Source: Daphnia carinata (taxonomy: Eukaryota). Taken from it: a DNA stretch of 64,000 nucleotides. Numbering within the stretch: the stretch's first letter is position 1; every line of letters starts with the position of its first letter. The stretch lies in NCBI RefSeq assembly GCF_022539665.2, contig NC_081331.1, positions 11,842,001 through 11,906,000 of the forward strand. Direction: 5' to 3'. The notes below the pieces were generated by a model, which was given only the letters and a program-made list of their open reading frames with translations, was not told the DNA's origin and did no database searches. Positions 54,355 to 64,000 of this stretch are shown in pieces. The position numbers were made by a program, and so were the translations under genes.

Positions 54355-57300
54355 ATCGAGCTGTCCTTGAAAACCTATTCGTGGATCATACGGTTTTTTT
54401 GTGTTTGTTTACTCGTTTTTCAGCATTTTGTTATTCTTGCCTTCTTGTTTTCTTGCCCCGGCCCGTAGGCACACGTGCGTATCTGTTTGCCAACAAATGC
54501 TTTTTTTTTTGGAGGGGGGGGGGGGAGTAGGCGATTATGGTCTTTTTTTTCTGGGGTTCTTCCGGATTTAGGCTATTCCATATACATTCCGTTGTGTTCG
54601 GTGAATGTTGATTGATTTGATCCCGAAATCGTGGATTCCCAATGCGCGGAGGGAAGAAAGCGCAAAGCACATTGCTGTACCATTACCCATTGTCAAAGGA
54701 TTTGATTGAATTTCAACTACGGTCCTCTTATTCAATAATGTATTTAGAGCTGCTAATGAGGTTGCTTCCTTTTGTTTTCCTTTAGAGAAACGAATCCAAA
54801 AATGTAACACAGAAATAAGAGTGTCGCACCAATTGCGAAGAAACAGTTGTTCCCTATTCGGATTGCGTTTTGATGCGTAGTTCGTGAAAAAGCCGCCAGC
54901 GTGAGCGCACGGCACTTCCTCTCGTGATTTTCTTTTGAAATTCCCTTACATTTCAATTTTCTTTACTCATGGTTTACCTCCTCGTATTCATCAGGTTCTT
55001 TACCACCCACTTTTGACAGGCGGAGAAAATTGACATTGTCTCCGTCGTCGTCTTTCTTTTGTCTTTTCTCTTGTTTTGTTGTCTTACTTTTCGTTGTGTG
55101 CGTGTCCAGCTAGAGAGGGAAAGCGAAAAAACAAAACAGACCCCCCTTAATTATGCGTAAAGAATCAAGACAAACCTGTACTCGTATCCGGTCTCCCGTT
55201 TGACAACGAAAAAAATGCAGGGGACAACAAATGTAGTCGAATTGATTTCGTGGATCGGGTATATTATAAGAAAAAGAAATCAATCCGAATCTCAGTTTGA
55301 TCTGTGCGTGCCTGGAAACGAGAGGCTAGAATTACTGGCAAAGGTAAACTAAAGGGAAAAAAACAAAAGAAAAACACCAAACACATTTAGACCGTGTTAA
55401 AAGAGAGCGCCCTCTTTTACCACAGCCATAGCCCTAACCGAGAGAAAGGGGTGGAGTTTGAAAGAAATCGTGACGTAAGCCACTAGCTAGGGGTTGTCAA
55501 GGTAACCGTGTCGTTGGCGTGCTGATAAAAAAAAAAATAAAATACCGTTCGGGCCGCCTTCCTTCGTCGTCGTCCATCCAACGGCCGAGGAAGAGAAATT
55601 TATTTTATTTCTTTTGCTTTTTTCAGCCATTTACCAGCCGACAGTCTTCGTTGAGTGCATTTAGTCAGCTCGTTGCATTCGGACTGGTCCGGTTGCTTTA
55701 TCGAAAACATTGCCGTTGCAATGAAGTCCGTGTTGGAAATTTGATATGCATTTTCATTTGTTTATCGTATTTTTAAAACTACTGAACTGTGACGTAACGT
55801 GCGAAGCCCGTGGCGTAATCTTTTAAGAAGGAAACTCTTGAGATTTCGCGTGTGATCCATTTAGCGTTTCGAAGCAAGTCTTCCAATTGGAGTTGTGCCT
55901 TTTCTTGTTGTGGGATTCCCTCTTATTATTATTGGCATTTTCGTGCAGCCGTAGTGCGCAGACGCGCCAAACGAGACCTGATCGATACTGCGTTTTCTTC
56001 GCCGAGTCGTTTGGCAATTTTTGCTGCCTTCGTTCTCAGTAAAAGTCACGTCGTCTGCTCGATTGGATCACTTCGAAAAATTCCGCAGTTTTTTTGTTTT
56101 TGTTTTTTCCCCTTTGAAACCCTCAGTGCCTTTGTTGTTGTTAAAGCTCGTTATTTGCTTGGCTGTTTAGTCTCGATTTCCATTGAATCCAGTGATCTTT
56201 TAATTGTTACCCGTAACGAAATCGGAATCTTTCTTGGGCCTTAAGATTGGGATGTGTTGATGCAGAAAAAAGCGAGAAATGAGAAAGGCCTTTGTGGTTG
56301 AATGTTGAAATCTCTTTTGGAAAAACAACTTTCGTGGCCAGCTGTTGTTACTTCCTCATTCGACTGGGAATGGTCCCAAGTCTCGAGTGGACACACACTA
56401 CAGTAGCAAAACTCACGAACAAGTAAAGAAAAAGGAAAGACAAGTCGTCGTGCTGCTTCAGGTGAAAAGAAATCGCGTGAGCGCGCGAGTAAAACAGCTA
56501 AAACAGAAAACAGAGAACTGTAGAGAGAAAACAATGGCGCCGTCGAGTGGTTGAAATAGACAAGATAAGGAACAGGCTTGCATTTTGTCACGGAACTGCG
56601 TGTGCGACACGATTCCCTTTTCCCACCGGAAACGGTTTCTGTCTGTGTGTGTGTGTGTGTGTGTGTGTTTGTGTCTTTGCGTCTTTGCGTCTTTGCGTCT
56701 TGCAACTCATCGGCTTGGATCACGTTCGAAATCCGCACCAGCTTGCATTTGGGCATGCAGAGTCTGAGGTTAAAGCTGCGTAAGCGCAAATATAAGCTGA
56801 GTCTGAGCCGTGGCGTAGGGGGTGGAGGAGATCGTGATGGTCCCACGGCTTTCACCAATGCCGGATCCGAATGGGAATTCGAGAATTTCAGTCCCTGGAT
56901 TTTCACGGCGAAACCTTGCAACACCAAAGAGGAGGACGAGGAGGCGGATGGTGACGATGATGAGGAAGGGGGATATCCGCAGGATGACGAAGATGTCAAA
57001 TATTGGGGTCCTCGGCCCATGGTTCAAGGATTGGTCCATCACGTTCAACCTAATCCATTACCGCCGCCGCCGTCTCATCCGCCGCCGCCGCCACCACCGC
57101 CGCCACCGTTGACAGCCGCGGCTTCTTCTGCCACTCCGTCGCGTTATGGCATTCTGTCCTATTTCCCTCGGCGACCGTCTTCTTGGTCTCCCACTTCGAC
57201 GGCACCTCCGCCCATTCCGCCGCACGCATGGCAAATTCGGCGACGCGCCACGGCTCGCGCTGGCCGGATGGAAACGAACGGGAGAGCGAGTTCGCCTCCG

Positions 57301-58384
57301 CCGCCTCTGCCGCCGCCTAAAAATCGGCCCATTTCCGCATCTCATACCGATCTGAAAAGATCTGCGTCTTGCTACCAAGAGCCGAGGGACGCTGCGCGGC
57401 TATCTGATTCTTTGTCTGATTTACGCCCTCCGGCCGTTGAAGTGCATAACGGCTCTTCCAGTTGGGGAACTCGAGCGGCTAATCGTCTTAAACGCGTGCA
57501 AAGTGAATTGAGTAGCGACCCGCAACAGCTGCTGCGACGTCCTCGTACATCAGCCTATACTAAACTGGAACCGACTTATTGCGCCCCTTATCGCTGTCGA
57601 TCGACTAACGAAGTGCGGCCGATGCGGCCTCTGCGCAAGCACTCGGCCGCGGCCAGTCTGCGCCACCTGCATAACGGACTCAAGTCAACGTTGGCTTCGT
57701 CCGAATCACACCTGTCCGGCTCGTACACTCTATTGAGCGACGATATCGACCGCTTGAATCGATCGTCACCCTCGTCCCCTCCGCCGGCCCCACCTCATCG
57801 ATCCAGTCCACCTCCTCCCCCTGTACCTCCTCACGCTCCAGGTGTTTTGTGCACCCGAATCGCACCCACTTCACCTGTGCCCGTCTACGCCGTCGTCTTG
57901 CGTAATCGACCAGGTAGTTTAACCGTGGTTGTAGCGATCGTTAGTGGTCAGTGGTTTCGCCCGTGGTTGCATAGAGAAAAGCTTTAACCGATTTCGTTCG
58001 TGTGATTTTTTTTTCAATCGTACCCTTTTTTTTTTGAAACGATGGTGTTTTTCTTTAAATAGCCAACGACCTGCCAAACACCTGTTCCGACTTTTGCGGT
58101 ATTCCCCCTCTTCTCTCGTTCCGTGTTTTTTTATTTATTTATTTATTTATTTATTTTCGTGACAAGTGAAGAAAATGTCAGTCGTTGCTTCGTCTCGGTG
58201 CGAAGACTTATCGTGATATTTTTTATGGGATATCCAATTAGACAAAGAGAAACCATATGGCGCCGGCCAGAATGAATTTCAAATGTGCATCGTCCATCTT
58301 GTTGTCAAGTGGCGAAAATCTAAAGGGCTATATCCAGCACCGTTCCCCCTTCCTTTTTCTTTTGCGCTCCTTACAATTATTGTT

Positions 58385-58421
<37 letters not shown>

Positions 58422-60969
58422 TGAAATTTGATTTTCTTGTCTCGTCTTTCTTGTGTTGCATGTCCCGTTGCCCGTCAAAACTTGGAACAAAAAGAATTCC
58501 GAAAGGGAAAAGGGGTGGTTCTCTTTGTTGGTGATGCATCACAAGCTGGTGGAGCGTGGAAAAGAAAAGAAAAAAAAAAAAAAAAAAAACGTGTGCTTGA
58601 TGTACCGTCTGTTGCGTTATTACTTTGATCTCTTAGTTCGTTCTTTGTTGATTTGCTTCTCTCTGTTTGAGGTGTGAACAACCTCTGGTCTTATCGCTGC
58701 GTCAGTAATGGCCGCTCTGTTAGCGTTTTCTCTCATTCCGTGTTGCCTTTTTTTTTTTGTTACCGTAGAATAAGTTTTAGAAAAATGAAATTTAAGGTAC
58801 ATCATTATTTTTATTTAAAAAAAAGGGGAAAAAAAAAAGGAAAAAGAAGTACTGGCTCATTTTGTCAACGTCTCTCTTTTCCCTTTTCTCTGCGGCCAGG
58901 AAATGGAAGAACAAAACTCCGGGGAGGGCCATTATTATATTTCCTGGGGCTTTGTGCTAAAACTAAAAAAAAAAAAAAAAAAAAAAAAAAAATGTTATAA
59001 CATAAAATGGAATACCTTATTCATTTTCTTTTTTTTTGTTTTTGGGGTTTCCCTAACCGTTTCCTCCTGCTTATTTGGCCGGAACAGATCCGGGAAATTT
59101 ATTAATTTGTTGTTGTTATATCGTTTTCCATTTATTGTTTGCCCGCTCATTCAAAAGAGAAAGTTTGAACTTTATCTTTCTCCCTTGCTCTACTAATAAT
59201 TTCATTCTTTTTTATCGTTCCATGAAAAAAAAAAAAAAAAAAAAAAGCAGGTGACAAGCAGAGCGGTTTGGGGTCCAACGGTCGCTCATTCAACGATGGC
59301 TCGAAAGATGGGGCTCGTGACCGACGTTCGGGAACTGGATCTGGATCTGATTCATTCGGAGAGGCAGACCGACGTGCTGGTTACACACCGCCTTACGAAG
59401 AAGAGCTTGACAGGTAGGCCCGATTAAATAATAGTTTCGATTCAATTCGGGAGAAGGTCATGTTTCGCGCTGCCATCTAGCGTCCACTTGCGCAATGATG
59501 GCAGCAATTCGGGTAGGACTTAAGTCGGATGCCAAATGATGATTTGTCCGGCCACGTTTTTATAGAGTTGATTCCATCCAATCTCATTCCTTTCGTTACG
59601 ATGCTCCAGAGACGCGGGCACGCCTGAATTTTTATTTTGCATTTTGAGGGTCAGCTGGAAGCTATATTTGGGTCTGTACAAACAGCAACGCACGCCGCGT
59701 GTGAAAGAGTTAGACGTGAAAACGGATAGGGAAAGATCTGCGCGGACTCATTTTCTTTTTTTCCTTTTTTTTTTTTTTAACCAAAAATAAAAGCAAACAA
59801 ACAAAAAAAAAACCAACAAAAGCCAAAGAGAAGAATAATATAGCAGACGCGTGTACAAGCAAGGAACGAACCGACGAAAAGAGCTGGCCGCATGCCTATT
59901 TGGTGGTTTGCCAATTGTCATATACGAAACGGCACTGCGAGGAGGAAGAAAAATCATGCAAAAAAAAAAAAAGAGATAGGATGGAGTAGTATTGACTTTC
60001 TCGTGTCAAAGACAATTACGAGAAATTAATGTCGATTGAAGCAACCTAAACTGAGTCGGAAAAAAAATGTGTAAATATTCGCCCTTGAAGCCCACACCCA
60101 TCTCCGGGGTAGCGTGGGTAGCCCACCTCTTTTTTACGTAATTTTCATCGTGACCGATACCAAACAGCAATGACCTTATCCGCCAGGTTTTCCTCTTCTT
60201 CTTCCAGCCTCGCGTCATCGTCGTCGTCATCCAGCAGCTGATGGAATCAACAGAACTGCGAAGGGCACAAACAAAAAAAAAAAAAAATCAAAGGAATTTC
60301 CTTGGGGTTTTGGGGCGCCGGCCGGTTTTCTTTCATTTCAATTTCTTTTTGAAGAAACGTTTTGGGCCCGATTGCTCGTGTTGACAAGAAGGTGATCTCC
60401 CATTCCTCCACCCCCTCTTTCCTTGGTGGGGAGGGATGTTTGTTATTTTGAAAGGAGAAAAAAGAAAAAATAGGACCCAATTGAAAAAAAAAAGATCAAT
60501 GAGTTGACAGTATTTCATCGTGTACTTTAATCATTTTTCAACGGCCACTAACGCAATTATTTGTATTTACGTAAGCGTAAGAGCGGAAGAAAAAAAAAAA
60601 AGAGGAGTGGGGCTAGAAAAGGATGAAATAGCTAAAAAGGTTGCAGAGAGGATGGAGTTGGCGCTGTTAGAACCAATAGGGAAACAATGGGCAACCATCC
60701 AGAAATGCAGATGGGATTATGTGTGTGTAGGCTTGCCTGTGTGTATGTGGTGTGTGTAATTTTTTTTACGGTCTGTAAGGAAAGGATGAACCGAACAAGC
60801 GTCTGCCTCAGTTGTGTGCGACTCACTAGCGGGCGCGCACTTCCGTTTTTTTTTTTTTGTGTGTGTGTACCAACCCGCCCTCGTCTCGTCCCTCACGTCT
60901 CCATACCCGGCCGCGGCTACTATTTCCCTCTTGCCTTCGTAGTGCTCCAACGCTTGTGCGACCCACTCG

Positions 60970-61019
<50 letters not shown>

Positions 61020-61312
61020 TTCGTTCGTTCGTTCGTTCTCGTTCTTCCCTGCACGGGCGTTCGAATTGTGTTGCGTCCCAACATCGACAAGTTGAACCGC
61101 GCCACTAGCGGCACCACTCACTCGAAATAAATTTTTCGCCCGTTGTCCGGTGGAAGAAAAACACTTGAAAAACGCTTCGCAGTTTTTTCTATAGTGCTAT
61201 TATTAGGCGTCGTGATTCACACGTTATGTCGTCTTTGTTGTCCTGACAGTCCGCACTCACACACAAACACACAACAGACACTCAAATAAAAAGAGAGAAC
61301 GAGAGTCGAAAA

Positions 61313-61344
<32 letters not shown>

Positions 61345-63084
61345 CGAGTTTGGGTGCGTCAGCCGCTCGTGACGAGAAAATCGAAGAGTGACGACATCCC
61401 TCCATCATCCCGACACGAAGAAACATTTGCAATAGATTGGAAGTTCGCCGGTTCATTCGAGTTTTGACTTTGGCCGGTTTGGAACAATTTCGTCGGCCGT
61501 AGCCCGACTACTCTTTTCGAGTTCGTTGTGTATCTGTGATCCATCCGGCCGTTGGGGGGGGGGATAGTCTTATCTCGGGGTGTGTTGCCATCCGGTTCGG
61601 AAGAAAAGTTGATGTAAGAGCGGAGAAGAACCGTGCTGCCTAAAAAAATTGGCATTGACCGAATCAAAAACAAAAAAAAATAAAAATAAAATCAAGAGTC
61701 GATCAGTGTGTCTACGTTGGCGATTGAATCTTTGCTTTTTTGGAGGGAGAAGAGCAAGAATTGAAAAAAAAAAAAAAATAATAAAATAAAATTGGAGGAA
61801 AAGTATCAAGAACAGAAGAGAAAAGAAAAAAAAAAAAGTAGTTACAAATTCGGCCAAAGTGGGTGGAACAGACGCGCTCGCTCTCTGTCGACCTCCTCGT
61901 TCGCCAGATTGGTTTCCGACGTTGGCGATAAGACGAGCGACCCGACCGACTGGCGTTTGCTCGGCGGTAGGAAATCTAAAACAAGTTTTTCAGGAAGAAA
62001 ATAAGAAGGAAAAAGAAGAAGAAGAAAAAGCCAACCGACGACGCCATGTTTCACCGCAAACGACATCACCACCACCAGCCGCAACATTCGCGTCCGGCCG
62101 TTGCCAGCCGACAAACGGAAGGCAACGACACGAACTCGGCTGAATTGAAACGACACTCTGAACCGGCGTCTGTTGGTGTTGATATTGAGCCGACAGAGTC
62201 GCCATCGTCGTCGTCCTACTCGTCGAAGAGCGGCCAGATTGAACCCACGGATTTAGGTGCCGAATTGTCGGCCTTCCGTCGAAGATGCACCAGCCCCGTT
62301 TGCGCTACGACCGTCGAAATGGCTGCCGGTATGGTGGAAGGCTTCCGCCTTCCGGACCACAGTCCGAGCCCAGTGCGTAAACAGCATGGCACGTGCGTAC
62401 CTGGGCGGAGCCTTTCTGCGGCCTCGCCTGAAAATAACAACACGCACACCTCACTCACGTCTTCTCCGTCCAGTTTGACTGGGCTCTTTCGGCGCAAAAG
62501 AAGTCCGATGGACCTCTCGTCGCAGAGTTTTCATTCGAAATCGTCGTCGTCTCCCATTGCGGCTCAAAAGCCATCGGCTCCGCCTAAACCGCAGAGATTG
62601 AACGCTCACGGCAGTAGTGCTGGTAGTGGTGGACCTATGGAACCGAAAGGCCGCAGTCTTAGCCCCATGCCATCGGGCAACCTTCTGGCTGCTATGATGA
62701 TGAATTCAATCCATTCAGCAGTGCTGGACGTTGGCCAGTCAGCCAGCGAACGCCAGTCGAGGAAAGCGAATAGTGCGTCGCATCAAAACCAGGAGCAACA
62801 TTATCTACAGCAGCAGCCTTTGCCTCATTTGGTTATCAATGCCAAGTCGTCTGAATGCTTGGCCATCAGTAGCGAACCGACTTCACCATTTGCCGATCCC
62901 AGGCAAAAATTTTTTTTTTCTTGTTTCAAATTTTCTTTTTTTTTTTTTCTGTTTTATTTCACCTTAAAAAAAATCCAGCTCAAGAGTAAAAATCGCTAAA
63001 AATTCTGGCAGACAGCCGGCCTTTTGTTGACCGGTTGTGACGGAACGGGACGGGAGTGCTGATAGCGCGGGCGCGTTCGATCTT

Positions 63085-63123
<39 letters not shown>

Positions 63124-63509
63124 CGCGTCCGTTATGGCCGCACCGTTCTTTATCGCTTTCGGCCTGGCATTTATCCTTGTCTTTTTCTTTCTTCTCTCTG
63201 TTTCTCTTTCTCGCACTCTAGCCTTGTCTCTTTTTTTTTTTTTTTTTTTTTGATATCTTAAATCTACAGTAAAGGAGTCAGTCACATAGAGTGAAAACAA
63301 GTCAAAAAGAGAATGGAAAACATTTTTTTTTTTTTTTTTATTTTATTATTCATTTTTTTTTTTTCTGGCCACCATTCTCTCGCGTCTCGATTTAATCTCT
63401 CTTTATCATCGCTCAGTCACAGTCTGGTTTCGGTGCGTGCCTGACTTGTACTTGTGTGGGCATTAGCGTGTCTGTGTGCCTGAATCTCTCAACGTTCTTT
63501 TTTTTTGTG

Positions 63510-63575
<66 letters not shown>

Positions 63576-63986
63576 AACGCGCACCGGATTTCTGTGATGG
63601 TAAAAACATGATCGGCTATTTGAATCGAAACTATTTTTAAGGAATACGTTTTTGTTTTTTTTTCAGAAAAAAACTTTGGATACAGTGACTAAGTGGATGA
63701 AAAATAGTTGTGTTTTGTGGTCTTGATTTTATTTTGTGATTTTTTATTATTATTCCAGTTCCGGTGCATCCAACTTTAGTAAAAAGAAAGTCAGCCGTTC
63801 GGAGAGTCTGCGCGAGCGGGCACAGAGGGTAAGAGAATCAACACGTTGAATTTGATTTGTTTCGCACCTTTCATTTTGAGGTGATCGATTGATTGAATTT
63901 CTTTTTTTGTATGATTTTGCACTTGTCTAGAAACACCGGGAAAAACGGAAACACAGCGACCCGAATCTTCCACCATCCCATTCCAG
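40804..63986 (+). CDS. RhoGEF2: RhoGEF2 / PDZ-RhoGEF-LARG family (ARHGEF11/12-like), 5' part: PDZ, RGS-like (RH) and C1 domains; DH-PH expected beyond the window
   Basis: Phase-consistent exons: 40804-40835, 42903-43132, 43409-43458, 43586-43643, 45399-45655, 46460-46690, 47228-47695, 48041-48140, 48260-48426, 48578-48709, 48793-48906, 48979-49077, 49154-49246, 49337-49530, 49643-49820, 49913-50027, 50124-50279, 50365-50448, 59251-59413, 63759-63828, 63931-63986 (about 1015 codons, incomplete). PDZ: RDDRGFGFVVAGDNPVFVQTVREGGAAERAGI...IIKVNG...NHAEVVDLI. RH domain: HLAVFMNFV...WAYEIHSTYLVPNAPLK...FLSKRTVGLG. C1: HHFVAHQYFSVTLCNHCGNVLWGTSPQGYQCTNCEMNIHKGC. Confidence 0.92.
51476..51523. repeat. 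Imperfect (CT)n microsatellite
   Basis: CT run interrupted by CCCT units. Confidence 0.9.
52614..52680. repeat. Compound CA-rich repeat with a 12-bp unit (CACACACGCATA)
   Basis: At least three tandem copies plus degenerate flanking copies. Confidence 0.85.
54321..54353. repeat. (GT)n microsatellite
   Basis: About 16 GT units. Confidence 0.95.
56036..56069 (+). promoter_or_regulatory. Inr + DPE core promoter for an internal RhoGEF2 transcript (TSS about 56038)
   Basis: TCAGT at 56036-56040 (A+1 = 56038), G at +24 (56061) and GGATC at +28 to +32 (56065-56069) matching RGWYV. It lies about 720 nt upstream of the ATG at 56755. Confidence 0.5.
56755..57913 (+). CDS. RhoGEF2: Alternative first coding exon of RhoGEF2 (386 aa basic/acidic/proline-rich N-terminus)
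   Basis: GC-rich open frame inside an AT-rich intron, starting MQSLRLKLRKRKYK. It ends CCA G|GTAGTT (phase 1), which matches the phase-1 acceptor at 59251. Confidence 0.72.
60975..61013. repeat. (TC)n microsatellite (GAGA-like) upstream of the 62046 exon
   Basis: About 19 TC units followed by (TTCG)n. Confidence 0.9.
62046..62902 (+). CDS. RhoGEF2: Second alternative first coding exon of RhoGEF2 (285 aa Ser-rich N-terminus), probable GC donor
   Basis: GCCATG start and coding-like composition up to CCC AG|GCAAAA, followed at once by T-runs. Phase 2 matches the acceptor at 63759. Confidence 0.65.
63087..63120. repeat. (GT)n microsatellite
   Basis: 17 GT units. Confidence 0.95.
63498..63570. 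repeat. T-run / (TG)n / long poly-T (about 47 nt) compound repeat
   Basis: Seen directly; the homopolymer length may be unreliable in the assembly. Confidence 0.9.
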
Positions 63987-64000
63987 GTGAGTCATTTTTT

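Noticed and set aside
56241..57378. Minus-strand ORFs (259 aa, 106 aa) overlapping the Pro-rich exon
   Set aside because: Antisense shadows of a GC-rich coding exon and a GT repeat.
1..64000. CRISPR arrays, operons, tRNA/rRNA, transposase or reverse-transcriptase ORFs
   Set aside because: No spaced direct repeats, cloverleaf motifs or mobile-element protein motifs were seen; most short ORFs in the track are low-complexity intronic noise.

Overview
AT-rich eukaryotic DNA with many short (about 60-140 nt) GT-AG introns, long poly-A/T runs and microsatellites. The gene content points to an arthropod, probably a Daphnia-like crustacean (inference only). Four protein-coding genes were assembled by hand, with splice phases checked. 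(1) A Kirre/IrreC-roughest (Neph) 5-Ig adhesion receptor on +, main coding exons 22806-29791, with a probable ATG-only coding exon 20 kb upstream and an internal Inr+DPE promoter. (2) MGME1 on -, 32612-30963, convergent with kirre. (3) An unrecognised secreted low-complexity protein of about 956 aa in one coding exon on +, 36054-38924. (4) The 5' part of a RhoGEF2/PDZ-RhoGEF gene on +, from 40804 past the window end. The most notable observation is in the long introns after the RhoGEF2 C1 domain. These hold two large, and possibly a third small, phase-compatible alternative first exons, one with its own Inr+DPE promoter and one apparently using a GC donor. They would make GEF isoforms lacking PDZ, RGS and C1. 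No prokaryotic features, CRISPR arrays, rRNA, tRNA or recognisable transposon ORFs were found.
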